A stretch of DNA of 64,000 nt from an uncultured Clostridium sp. (GTDB taxonomy: Bacteria; Bacillota; Clostridia; TANB77; CAG-508). Below, piece by piece: positions 30,571 to 41,187 of this stretch. The position numbers were made by a program, and so were the translations under genes. Position 1 is the stretch's first letter; every line of letters starts with the position of its first letter. A model generated the notes under the pieces. It was not told the DNA's origin and made no database searches. It was given only the letters and a program-made list of their open reading frames with translations. Location: positions 9,983 to 73,982 of the forward strand of contig CAOKPI010000003.1 in assembly GCA_948470605.1 (NCBI GenBank). Reading direction: 5' to 3'.

Positions 30571-30610
30571 AAAAAACAGAAGTATTAGATAAAAAATACT
30601 TCTGTTTTTT
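30571..30610 (+). terminator. Second terminator-like hairpin upstream of trpB2
   Basis: aacagaagtatt-agataaaa-aatacttctgtt flanked by A6 and T6 (bidirectional type). Confidence 0.55.
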
Positions 30611-30716
30611 GTTAGGGGGGAAGAGCTTGAAACAAGAAAATTTTATTAGAAATCACTATAAACTATACTGGCACAAAAAAATTTACAAATATGAAAGATG
30701 AAAGGAAGAAGATATT

Positions 30717-32084
30717 ATGAATAAAAAACAAAATCCATATAGATTATATTTAACAGAAGAACAAATGCCAAAGCAATATTACAATTTAAGGGCAGATATG
30801 AAAGAACTGCCAGAACCAATGTTGAATCCTATTACAAAAAGGGAAGCTACTGTAGAAGATTTACTACCAGTATTTTGTAAAGAATTAGCAAAACAAGAAT
30901 TAGATAATGAAACAAGATATGTAGATATACCAAAAGAAATACAAGAGATGTATAGAATTTATAGACCATCACCTTTAATTCGTGCCTATAATCTTGAAAA
31001 ATATTTGGAAACTCCTGCTAAAATTTATTATAAATTTGAGGGAAACAATACATCGGGAAGTCACAAATTGAATTCTGCAATAGCACAAGTTTACTATGCA
31101 AAAAAAGAGGGAATTACAAATCTGACAACCGAAACAGGAGCAGGTCAATGGGGAACTGCTTTAGCAGAGGCATGTAGTTATTTTGACATCTCATTAACTG
31201 TGTATATGGTAAAAGGTTCTTATGAACAAAAGCCATTTAGAAGAGATATAATAAGAACTTTTGGTGCAAATGTTATACCAACTCCAAGTAGTACAACAAA
31301 AGTAGGAAAGGAAATTTTGAAAGAACATCCAGATACAACAGGAAGTTTAGGCTGTGCTATATCAGAGGCAGTTGAAAAAGCTATGACAACACCTAATTCA
31401 AAATATGTTTTAGGCTCTGTTTTAAATCAAGTATTATTACATCAATCAATAATAGGATTAGAATGTGAAACAGCATTTAACTTATTAGAAGAATATCCTG
31501 ATATAATAATAGGTTGTGCAGGTGGTGGTTCAAATTTTGGTGGTTTAATTGCTCCATTTATGAGAGATAAAATTAAAGAAATACATGATCCAAGAATTAT
31601 TGCTGTAGAACCTGCCTCATGTCCATCTTTAACTCGTGGTAAATATGCATATGATTATTGTGATACAGGAAAAATGACACCACTTGCCAAAATGTATACA
31701 CTTGGTAGTGATTTTATTCCATCATCAAATCATGCAGGAGGATTAAGATATCATGGAATGTCACCAATAATTTCAAAATTATACCATGATAGTTATATAG
31801 AAGCAGTATCAATTAAACAAACTGATGTATTTAAAGCAGCAATACTATTTGCTAAAAAAGAAACAATATTCCCTGCTCCAGAATCTTCACATGCAATAAA
31901 AGCAGCAATAGACGAAGCTTTAAAATGTAAAGAGACAGGAGAAGAAAAGACAATTCTATTTGGATTAACTGGAACTGGGTATTTTGATATGGCAGGATAT
32001 GCATCTTATTTAGATAAAACTATGACAGACTATATTCCAACAGATGAAGAATTACAAAAATCGTTTCCTAATATAATAGATTAA
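30717..32084 (+). CDS. trpB: TrpB-like PLP-dependent enzyme (tryptophan synthase beta, TrpB2 class)
   Basis: 455 aa. PLP-lysine motif EGNNTSGSHKLNSA, GAGQWGTALAEA, GCAGGGSNFGG, and the long N-terminal extension typical of TrpB2. Confidence 0.85.
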   Translation: MNKKQNPYRLYLTEEQMPKQYYNLRADMKELPEPMLNPITKREATVEDLLPVFCKELAKQELDNETRYVDIPKEIQEMYRIYRPSPLIRAYNLEKYLETPAKIYYKFEGNNTSGSHKLNSAIAQVYYAKKEGITNLTTETGAGQWGTALAEACSYFDISLTVYMVKGSYEQKPFRRDIIRTFGANVIPTPSSTTKVGKEILKEHPDTTGSLGCAISEAVEKAMTTPNSKYVLGSVLNQVLLHQSIIGLECETAFNLLEEYPDIIIGCAGGGSNFGGLIAPFMRDKIKEIHDPRIIAVEPASCPSLTRGKYAYDYCDTGKMTPLAKMYTLGSDFIPSSNHAGGLRYHGMSPIISKLYHDSYIEAVSIKQTDVFKAAILFAKKETIFPAPESSHAIKAAIDEALKCKETGEEKTILFGLTGTGYFDMAGYASYLDKTMTDYIPTDEELQKSFPNIID

Positions 32085-32125
32085 ATGTAAGTATATTAAA
32101 AATAATGCAAAAGGAGGTTAATCCA

Positions 32126-32608
32126 ATGAAAAATGAAGTATATCAATTATTAAATAAATTACACATTCAATATGAAAAAATAGAACATCCACCATTATTT
32201 ACTTGTGAGGATAATGAAAAATATAAAATAAAATTTGATGCAATAGTATGTAAAAATCTCTTTGTAAGGAATAGTAATAAAAGTCAATATTATATATTTA
32301 TTGTACCAATAGAAAAGACAATAAATATAAAATCTTTACAAAGTTTATTAGAAGAAACAAGATTAAGTTTTGGTGATAAAAATATACTAGAAGAAAAACT
32401 CGGAATAAAAACAGGAGCTGTTTCTATATTTAATATTATTAATTTAAAAGAAAATGATATTATTTTTGTATTAGATGATGAGATATTAAAATATGAAAAA
32501 GTAGCTTTCCATCCAAATGTAAATACAGAAACAGTAATATTTAATCCACAAGAAATACATAAAATATTTGAATGTTATAATGTAAAATATAAATTTATCG
32601 AAATTTAA
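32126..32608 (+). CDS. YbaK/ProX-type aminoacyl-tRNA editing domain protein
   Basis: About 160 aa. The pattern KNLFVRNSNKSQYYIFIV...GAVSIFNIIN...VAFHPNVNTETV is typical of prolyl-tRNA synthetase-associated (ProX/YbaK) proteins. Confidence 0.7.
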   Translation: MKNEVYQLLNKLHIQYEKIEHPPLFTCEDNEKYKIKFDAIVCKNLFVRNSNKSQYYIFIVPIEKTINIKSLQSLLEETRLSFGDKNILEEKLGIKTGAVSIFNIINLKENDIIFVLDDEILKYEKVAFHPNVNTETVIFNPQEIHKIFECYNVKYKFIEI

Positions 32609-32684
32609 AAATGTGTTTTAGTAATGATAGAATTGTATCAGAGAAACTATTAAATCCTCTACACAATGCTAATGTGCTTTATAA

Positions 32685-33235
32685 ATTGTAGAATTATATG
32701 AAAAAGAAAGTTTATTAGAACAAATTTCAAGAGATTTAGCGATTTTACTTATGTCTGCAATTTTAGATAATACTTTAAATTTAAAAGCAAAAATAACAAC
32801 TAAAAGAGATATAAGTGCTTATAAAAAATTAGAAAAAATAATTAGTGATGAAACTTATCCTGAAAAGTATTTTCAGGAATGTCAATTAGAAATTAACCAT
32901 AACTTAAAAAAACAATAGAAAATGATACAAAGATAGAAGATATAAATGCTATCTTGCCACCGATTTTTGCACAATTAACAATATGGGATAAAGATAGCAT
33001 ATTGGAAAGCAAACAAATAATATATGAAACCTTAAATAGTATTGGAACAAAATGGATGCTGAATCTTATTTGCTTAAAAGATGAGAAAAGTTATTTGATA
33101 GCAAAAGATATAGAAGTGCAAGATAATATAGAAAAATTATTTCATGAAAAATTTCAAAATGGGATAATGAAATTAGACAATGTTTGGCTTAGAAAAGAAA
33201 TTATAAAATTAAGTTTAAAAATTAATCCTCAATAA
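32685..33235 (+). pseudogene. DHH/DHHA2-family phosphoesterase, 5'-truncated and frameshifted in an A7 run
   Basis: Only the linker/DHHA2 part is present (LAILLMSAILDNTLNLKAKITTKRD...). The frame changes at ttaaaaaaac (about 32903-32912). The truncation point carries a partial copy of the aatgtgctttataaa repeat arm (32669-32686). Confidence 0.5.
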
Positions 33236-33242
33236 AGATTTT

Positions 33243-33690
33243 AATGTGCTTTTAAAAATCAAGTCAAGGTTAAAATGAATGTGCAATAGCACAACCTTGA
33301 CTCAATTTTAAAAGCACATTATTTTTCAATTAAGAGGATTTAAGGATAAGCATATTTAATTAAGTAGACATAAGTACTATTAAAACCTAAAAAACCTCAT
33401 TAAAAATGAGGGCAGGAAAGCGAGTGTTCACACATCGCCTACATACATTGAAGGACAAGCCTTCAAGAGTTAATAAAAGAACAAAAATTTTAAGCAGATT
33501 TGATGTAAAAATTCACCGAATGAACTACTAAAAAATGCCTATCAGAGTGCTAAAGTTCACTAAATGAACTAAATTTTATAAAAATATGAAAGTTAGTTCA
33601 CCAAGTGTACTTGAATTTAGCTAAAATTTAAAAGAAAAGTACACCGAGTGAACTAGAATAGATGCTCTAGTACACTTAGTGTACTTATAA
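33243..33690. repeat. Duplicated about 0.45-kb non-coding module, copy 1: 78-nt hairpin, small stem-loops, array of 5 palindromic boxes
   Basis: Long hairpin at 33243-33320. Boxes AGTWCACnnAGTGWACT at 33511, 33554, 33595, 33639 and 33669. Homologous to 38520-39012. Confidence 0.75.
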
Positions 33691-33704
33691 TTTTAAATCC
33701 AAAA

Positions 33705-34064
33705 TTATTTTTTAAATATTTCTTCAGAAAGTTTTTTCATCTTATCACCAATAATGCGATTTTGCTCTTCATCAACGGAATAAATACCGTCTTTATATCT
33801 AATAATATCATCTTCAACAGCATTAGGAGAAACTTGGGAAATAGGGATGTCTACCATTTTACCTGTTCTTCTATTTTCACATACAGCAAAAACTTCGTTA
33901 TCACCTTCAAATCTGTCTATAGTATATAAGTCTGTTTTATTTAAATCAGGAGAAAAACAATTTGATAGATAATTTTGTAATTCTTTAATAAAAGAATCAA
34001 TAAAATTGTTTGAAATATTGTTAGAATGATTATGCTCTAAAGAATTAAAAAAATTTAGATTCAT
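33705..34064 (-). CDS. DUF3006-like small protein
   Basis: The C-terminal half (YTIDRFEGDNEVFAVCENRRTGKMVDIPISQV...EDDIIRY) matches the DUF3006 pattern. It is divergently paired with an MBL-fold gene, as is common. Confidence 0.55.
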   Translation of the reverse strand: MNLNFFNSLEHNHSNNISNNFIDSFIKELQNYLSNCFSPDLNKTDLYTIDRFEGDNEVFAVCENRRTGKMVDIPISQVSPNAVEDDIIRYKDGIYSVDEEQNRIIGDKMKKLSEEIFKK

Positions 34065-34249
34065 AAAAAATCAGTCCTTTCTGTTTAAATTGTTATGGGA
34101 AAAATATATAGAAAATATATATTTTAAGAATAAAGCAAAATTATTATATAATGGTAAGTATAAAAAAACAATAGAAATTTAGAAAAAATATAAGAAACTA
34201 TTTCAAAAAAGCTATTTTTACATTATAATCTTTTTAGAGGTAAAAGATT

Positions 34250-35176
34250 GTGAAAAATAATAAGAAGAATTTGAAACAGATTATCTATACAATAATTATA
34301 ACAGTAATGCTAATAAGTTTAGTATATGTAGCAACAAGAGATAATAGTTATGTTGGAGAATTACCTACAGAAGATATTATAAAGAGTGAAGAACTTCAAA
34401 TATATTTTTTTAATGTAGGTCAAGCTGATTGTATTTTAGTAAGAAATAATGGCAAAAATATGCTTATTGATGCAGGAGATAATGAAGATGGTCCATTATT
34501 AGTAAAATACATAAAAAAATTGGGAATAAACAAAATAGATTATTTAATAGGAACACATGTTCATGAAGACCATATAGGAGGCATGGATAATATCATAAAG
34601 GAATTTGATATAGGAGAAATTTATATTCCTTATACAACCAATAAGTCAAAAAGAAAATTCTATGAAGATGTAATTAATGAAGTAAAGCAAAAGGAGTTAT
34701 CAATTAATTATAAAAAAACAGGAGATAAGTTTGAATTAGGAGAGGCAAAATGTGAAATTAAAAGTATAGACAATTCAGGTCCGACAAGCTCTAGCAAAAT
34801 AAATTCAACTTCAATTGTCATACAAATGGAAGCAAATAGCAACAAATATTTATTTATGGGAGATGCTGAAGATGATGTAGAAACCAATAGTAAAATTACA
34901 TGGGAAGATATAGATGTTTTAAAAGTTGGTCATCATGGTTCAGATACAAGCAGTACAGAACAATTTATAAATAAAGTGTTACCAGAAATGGCAGTAATAT
35001 CTGTTAATAGTAATACAAATTCATATGGACATCCATCTGAAATAGTAATGAAAAGATTACAAAATAAAGAATGCCAAATTTATAGGACAGATATGAATGG
35101 TACAATATTATTAATAAATGAAAATGGAACTAATAAAGTAAAAATGCTTAATACAAAAGTAAATGCAGGAAAATAG
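34250..35176 (+). CDS. MBL-fold metallo-hydrolase (ComEC C-terminal-domain-like), membrane anchored
   Basis: GTG start, signal anchor, and motifs GQADCILV, GTHVHEDHIGG, LKVGHHGSDTSS. Confidence 0.8.
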   Translation: MKNNKKNLKQIIYTIIITVMLISLVYVATRDNSYVGELPTEDIIKSEELQIYFFNVGQADCILVRNNGKNMLIDAGDNEDGPLLVKYIKKLGINKIDYLIGTHVHEDHIGGMDNIIKEFDIGEIYIPYTTNKSKRKFYEDVINEVKQKELSINYKKTGDKFELGEAKCEIKSIDNSGPTSSSKINSTSIVIQMEANSNKYLFMGDAEDDVETNSKITWEDIDVLKVGHHGSDTSSTEQFINKVLPEMAVISVNSNTNSYGHPSEIVMKRLQNKECQIYRTDMNGTILLINENGTNKVKMLNTKVNAGK

Positions 35177-35490
35177 AAAAAAGGGAAAAAAACGGGAATT
35201 GAACTTTATAGAACAGCATAATATAATCGTATTATCAAAAAATGTAAAATAATTAAGTCAGTCGAAGCTAGCCGACTGGCTTTTAATTTGTAGAAAATTA
35301 TATTTTCTACAAATTAAAAGAGTTACATTGCACAGAAAATTTACTTTGTAAATTTTCGCGTCGACAAATCTTTACGCTTTTTAAGACCTTAAATAAATAT
35401 TGTAAAAATTCAAGTTATAGCAAAAGGTCTTGCAAAGCGAGATTTGTCAGTGCCTTTTTTGAAATTTAATTCAAGTTAAGGAGGATTTTT

Positions 35491-35676
35491 ATGTTGTACG
35501 AAATCAATTTTGATAATACGAAAAACATCAAGCTAAACGAAAATATTTTTAATTGTAGTATAAAAATAGCAATACTAAACAAAACATTGGGTGCAGGATT
35601 AATCAAAGAAAAGAAACATTTAGAACTAAAACAAAATATCCTACAAGAATATAATTTAACTCATATAGGTATTTGA
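35491..35676 (+). CDS. Hypothetical small protein upstream of recombinase 1
   Basis: 61-aa ORF preceded by a GGAGG RBS. No homology recognised. Confidence 0.3.
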   Translation: MLYEINFDNTKNIKLNENIFNCSIKIAILNKTLGAGLIKEKKHLELKQNILQEYNLTHIGI

Positions 35677-35743
35677 AAATATTAATTTTTGATGTATAAT
35701 AAGCACATAAAGATTCTCTAAACTTGAGAAAGAGAGGTTAATT

Positions 35744-37644
35744 TTGAAAGTACAAGTTATAGAGAAGAAAAAAGGTCGAATTAATAGAACGACAGGAGAA
35801 GAAATAAAAGGAAATTTAAGAGTATGTGCCTATGCAAGAGTAAGACAGAAAAAGAAGAACAGATAAATAGTTACAATTCTCAACTAAAGTATTATGAAGA
35901 AAAAATAAAAAGTAATAGCGGTTGGAAATATGTTGGCATTTATGCAGATGAAGGAATTACAGGAACATTAGACTACAAAAGAGATGGATTTATGAAAATG
36001 ATGCAAGATGCAACAAATAACAAATTTGATATGATAATAACAAAATCAATATCAAGATTTGGAAGAAACACAGTAGATACTTTAAAATATGTAAGATTAC
36101 TAAAAGAAAAAGGAATTGCTATTTACTTTGAAGAAGAAAGAATTAATACTTTAGAAATATCTGGAGAGATAATGCTAACAGTATTAAGTGCAATGGCACA
36201 ACAAGAAAGCGAAAATATATCTTCTCATGTACAATTAGGACTACAGATGAAACAAAAAAGAGGAGAACTAATTGGATATAATGGTTGTTTAGGATATGTA
36301 TATGATAAAGATACAAAAGAAATCTCAATCAATTATGAAGAAGCAGAAATAGTAAGATATATCTTTGAGAGATACTGTCAAGGAGTAGGCTGTACAACTA
36401 TTGCAAAAGAATTAACAAATATGAAATACAAAACTCCAACAGGTAAAAAGAAATGGCACGAATCTACAATAAGAGGAATCTTAAAGAATGAAAAATATAA
36501 AGGAGATGTCTTACAAGGAAAAACATATACAACAGATCCAATTTCACATAGAAGAGTAGTCAATATGGGAGAAGAAAATCAGTATTATATACAAGAACAT
36601 CATGAGCCAATAATCACTGAAAGAATGTTTAATCAAGCACAAGAAATTCTGCAAAAGAGAGGAGGAGTACGAGGCTCTGGTAGAAGAAAAGGTAACTTTA
36701 GCAGGAAATATTCTTTTAGTAGTAGATTGTATTGTGGCTTTTGTGGTAGTTTATTAACAAGAAGAAATTGGCACACTGGAACTAAAAATAGTATAACAGT
36801 TTGGCATTGTATGGAATTTGTAAAACATGGAAAAGAAAACTGCCCACATTGTAAAGCTATGAAAGAAAATATTATAGAAGAAGCATTTACAGAAAGCTAT
36901 AAATTACTATGCAATAATAACAAAGAATTAATCCAAACATTCTTAAACGAAATGGAAGAAATTATACAAGAAGAAAGTAATGAACGTTCTATTAAAAGAT
37001 TAGAGGAAGAAAAACAAATTTTAAAAGAAAAAATAGACAAGTTAATTGATTTAAACTTAAATGGAACAATAAGTCTTGAAACATTACAAGAAAAGAAATC
37101 AAAATTGCAAAACAAAATAAATAACATAGAGAAAGAAAAAGAACATTTGCAGTTAGAATTAGAAGATTCAATTAGTTTAAGTCAAGGATTAAACAAGTTT
37201 AAAATATTGTTTAAAGACAATGAAATCATGTCAGAATTTGATAAAGATGTTTTTGAACTAATGATAGAGAAAGTTATTATAGGAGAAAAAGAAGCAAACG
37301 GAAATATAAATCCAAGATTAATAACATTTATTTTAAAATCTGGAAACCAAATTAAATGTCAAGATGATAATAAGAATTCAATTGTCAAAGAAAATTTGAC
37401 AGTTGGAGAGAATAAAAATCAACAGTCATCATACGAGATAAGCCAAAACTATCTACAGCCTATGTGTGAGCCATGTGGAATGTTGCTCGGTGCTATATCT
37501 AAAGAATTAGACAAAATAGTTGAGTTTACTGCTTTTGAAGGTTTTGTTAGTTTTGAAAGAAAAGACAAAAATAATATAAAAAGAGTAGAAAATAATAAAA
37601 TTAAGGTAACGATAGAAGTTGATATGGTGTGCGGAGTAGTATAA
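35744..37644 (+). pseudogene. Large serine recombinase (rec1), 1-nt deletion in the catalytic serine codon
   Basis: The upstream frame (TTG 35744) reads ...NLRVCAYARV, then AG-ACA. The main ORF (35824..37644) continues TEKEEQINSYNSQLKYY. Restoring one base gives the RVS(T) catalytic motif. Resolvase, recombinase and zinc-ribbon (CGFCGS...WHC) regions are present. Confidence 0.75.
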
Positions 37645-37756
37645 TTTGAAATAAAAATGTGAATGTTTGGAGATAAAACTTAATTGGAAGTGTTTGGAAA
37701 AGTACTTTCTTTTTTTATCATTTATGGTAATATATTAATAGGATAGAATAAAAGAA

Positions 37757-38495
37757 ATGATTGGAGAAAAAATTAAAATGAATAAATTGATTATATTAAA
37801 TGGAGATAGTGGATGTGGAAAAACTCATTTAATGAGATTATTAATGAATACTCATGAAGCTGATATTTCAGTTATTAAAAAGTATTCTGACAGAGATTTA
37901 AGACCAGGAGAAGAAAATGCAATAGAAATTAAGCCTGGATGTGCGACGGCAGATGTTAAAAATATGGATTATGTATATACAGGGAAAAATGATAAAGTAT
38001 ATGGTTTTCAAAAAAGAGATATTGATATGGGATTTCAACAAGGGAAATCACCTATAGTAATAGTAGATGATGAAGAATTATTAATTAGATTATGTAGAGA
38101 ATATGAAAGTAGGATTTGTCCTATTTACATGCAAAGAGATGTAACAGATTTAGATTTTATAGAAGAATTAAGGAAAGCTCGGAAGAACTGAAAAACAGAT
38201 TATAGAAAGAATGGAATCAAGACATAAAAGTCAAGCATTATGGAGGAGAAGAACAAATTTATTTGGATATAGATATATAATAAATGCTCCTTTTATGAAC
38301 AATGAAAAACTTATTGAATGGTTTCAATTAATAGCAGATGAAAATAGTATTGATATTAGTAGAATAAAAGTAGGAAGTGATATAAGGGGAATAGTTAATT
38401 ACTTTAGAACACTTTGGAAAGGAAGACCTGCAATTTTAAATTCAAATAGAGGAAGTGAACCAATAATAGACGAATTTAGTGAAATAGAAAGATAA
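37757..38495 (+). CDS. P-loop NTPase, guanylate-kinase-like, with C-terminal extension; frame broken at an in-frame CGG
   Basis: Walker A NGDSGCGKTH and SDRDLRPGEE (analogous to the TTRxxRxGE motif). ORFs 37757..38191 and 38211..38495 join as ...LRKA-G-RTEKQIIERMESRH... when the C of CGG 38180-38182 is skipped. Confidence 0.6.
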
Positions 38496-38519
38496 TTTTA
38501 AATCCTATATGTAAATTCT

Positions 38520-39012
38520 AATGTGCTTTATAAAATCAAGTCAAGGTTAAAGTGAATGTGCTATCGCACAACCTTGACTTGATTTTATAAAGCACATTAT
38601 TTTTCAATTAAGAGGATTTAAGGATAAGTATATTTAATTAAGTAGACATAAGCACTATTAAAACCTAAAATACCTCATTAAAAATGAGGGCAGGAAAGCG
38701 GTATTAACATATCGCTTATACACATTGAAGGACAAGCCTTCAAGAGTTAATAAAAAACAAAAATTTTAAGCAAAAATGATGCAGAAATTCACCGAGTGAA
38801 CTGACTCAAACCCGCTATTCTTCGTTAAAATTGAAAATAGTGAACTAAAAATTTGAGAAAATTGACACATTTTAGACAAAAGTTCACCAAGTGTACTCCA
38901 TTTTTATAAAGTAAGTTCACTAAGTGAATGTGAAAAAAGTAAAAAAATTTACAAGTACACCGAGTGAACTTGTAACTTTTAATTATATTATGTTTAGTTA
39001 ACTTAGTGTACT
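38520..39012. repeat. Duplicated non-coding module, copy 2
   Basis: Hairpin at 38520-38598. Boxes at 38787, 38881, 38913, 38954 and 38996, plus a half box at 38837. The first about 270 nt are near-identical to copy 1. The box region has diverged but the boxes themselves are conserved. Confidence 0.75.
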
Positions 39013-39223
39013 TATAAAATTAGATATTAAAATTATATCAAAAATAGAAAAGAGGGAAATAAAAGGAAATTGATTTTATAAAAACACCATAATATAATGA
39101 TAACATGGAAAAAATTGAGTAAGGAAAGTCAGCAAAAAAGCTGATTTTTTTCTTGCTCTTTTTTAGTAATGTATAATCAATTTTATTAATATACATTACT
39201 AGAGAAAAAAGGCAGTGGTGTGT

Positions 39224-39427
39224 ATGAAAATTCAAAAATTTGATTTTGAAAATAAGCAAATAATTCAAATATATATAAGTAAACAAGAAAACTTGAAAAT
39301 TATAAAAGAAATTAATCAATTAAAAAAACAATATTCAAATATATCAATTTTTATTAATGGAGAAAATGATACCATAAAAACAATAAAAGAAATATTAAAT
39401 TACGAAAAAAGTAAAAATATAAAATAA
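39224..39427 (+). CDS. Hypothetical small protein upstream of recombinase 2
   Basis: ORF MKIQKFDFENKQ...; no homology recognised. Confidence 0.3.
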   Translation: MKIQKFDFENKQIIQIYISKQENLKIIKEINQLKKQYSNISIFINGENDTIKTIKEILNYEKSKNIK

Positions 39428-39512
39428 AAGCATTGCATTTGCCATAAAAAGAAGATAATATATAAATAATCTAAAAACACAAATATATTTATCTTCGGAA
39501 AGGATAAATATA

Positions 39513-41096
39513 TTGAAAGTTGTATGTTACTGTAGGTTAAGTAAAGATGATAACAAAAGTAGATATAGTAGTATAGATAGCCAAATGGAGTTAGCAAAGG
39601 AATATGCAGATTCTAAAGGTTGGGATATATCTAAATATTATATTGATGACAATATTTCAGGATATATTTCAAATGATGAGAGACCAGAATTTAGCAAAAT
39701 GTTGCAAGATATTGATGACGGAAAAGTAGATATTATTTTAGCAAAAGATTTATCAAGAATTGGTCGTAAAGGTAGCAGAACACTTACATTTATTGATGAA
39801 TTAAAAGAGAAAAATGTAAATTTAATACTAACGAAAGATACTTTTGGAGAATTTAATTTATTAGAAGGAGATGATGATTTATTAGGTCTTTCTACTTGGT
39901 TTAATGAAAGATATGTAAAAGAAGTATCAAAAAAGGTTAAAATTGGAATGCACAAGCAATTGGAAAAAGGGATATTGTTACAAGGCACAAAATTTGGATA
40001 TTTAAAAACAGCTAAAAAGGGAGAATTAATAGTTGATGAAAGTGTAAGAGATACCATAACAACAATATTTAGTTTATATGAGCAAGGACTAGGAATGAGA
40101 AAGGTTTGCCAGAAACTAAATTTTGAATATGATTTTTTAACACCATCACAAGTTATAGAAAGAGAATTGATAAAAAAGGGAAAAAGTTATAAAAAACCAG
40201 TTAAGAAATTATGGGACATTTATATGGTAAAAAGAATTTTAAAAGATGAAATATATATAGGAACTGTAATTACTCATAAAACTGAGAGAAAAGATATTCA
40301 TAAGCAAGGCAAAAAAATAGAAAGAGAAAACCAATATATATTTGAGAATCATCATGAAGCAATTATTTCAAAAGGTCAATTTGAAAGAGTACAAGAAATG
40401 ATGAAAAAGAGAGTAAAAAATTCTAGTATGTATACGAAGAAAAAGAGAGATTACCTATTTGGTGGCTTCTTAAGATGTGGAGAATGTGGTGGAAGTGTTA
40501 CAGGGGTAGCAAGAATTAGAAGTCAAAAAGAAAATTACGTTCCTAAAAAGTTATATGAGTGTGTTGCTTATAGAAAATATGGAAAATCAAGATGTGTATG
40601 TCATAATGTGAGAGAAGATTTTCTGCTTGCTAATTTTAAGAATTTTTTAATACTGTTAAGAGATAATTATATAACTGAAATAAATAATTTAAAGTTAGAA
40701 GAATATAAATCAAGTAAAAAGAAAAATATTGAAGAGATAAAATTAAATTTAAAAAATTTAGAAGCGGAATATAAGGTTTTAGTAAGTCAAAGAATAAAAG
40801 AAATAGCTTATAGTACAGAAGATAAAAGAATATTTATAGAAAATACATATAAGAGTTTAGAAGAAGATAAATTTAAAGAAATGGAAAAAAATAAAAAGAT
40901 ACTGCAAGAGCTACAAAATGAAGATATAGAAATAAAGCAAAAAAAATTAAAACAAACAATAGATTATTTTAATCAAATTATAGAAAAAGATGTACCAGAT
41001 AAAGCGATATTAAATATGTTAATTGATAAAATCTATATTTGTCATGATAAATCAGTAAAATTTGAATTAAAAATAGATATAGAAAAATTACTTTAA
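39513..41096 (+). CDS. Large serine recombinase (rec2), apparently intact
   Basis: 527 aa, TTG start. Catalytic VVCYCRLSKDD, LAKDLSRIGR, recombinase domain, zinc ribbon (CGECGG...C..C.CHN) and a C-terminal coiled coil. Confidence 0.85.
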   Translation: MKVVCYCRLSKDDNKSRYSSIDSQMELAKEYADSKGWDISKYYIDDNISGYISNDERPEFSKMLQDIDDGKVDIILAKDLSRIGRKGSRTLTFIDELKEKNVNLILTKDTFGEFNLLEGDDDLLGLSTWFNERYVKEVSKKVKIGMHKQLEKGILLQGTKFGYLKTAKKGELIVDESVRDTITTIFSLYEQGLGMRKVCQKLNFEYDFLTPSQVIERELIKKGKSYKKPVKKLWDIYMVKRILKDEIYIGTVITHKTERKDIHKQGKKIERENQYIFENHHEAIISKGQFERVQEMMKKRVKNSSMYTKKKRDYLFGGFLRCGECGGSVTGVARIRSQKENYVPKKLYECVAYRKYGKSRCVCHNVREDFLLANFKNFLILLRDNYITEINNLKLEEYKSSKKKNIEEIKLNLKNLEAEYKVLVSQRIKEIAYSTEDKRIFIENTYKSLEEDKFKEMEKNKKILQELQNEDIEIKQKKLKQTIDYFNQIIEKDVPDKAILNMLIDKIYICHDKSVKFELKIDIEKLL

Positions 41097-41187
41097 GATA
41101 GATAAAGTATTAAAAAATATAAGTGGACACAATTGTCTATTTTCATAAAATAAAAAATATGGTATATTACATCAAGGAGGTAAAAAA

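Noticed and set aside
27386-37482. The identical 15-mer gagccatgtggaatg at 27386-27400 and 37468-37482 could be the attL/attR core of a 10-kb rec1 element.
   Set aside because: Similarity extends on both sides of the 15-mer at lower identity: upstream tatcta.agc, the downstream coding sequence, and the region after the stop. The left copy therefore looks like a diverged 3' remnant of a paralogous recombinase gene rather than a bare att core. The att interpretation cannot be fully excluded without comparative data.
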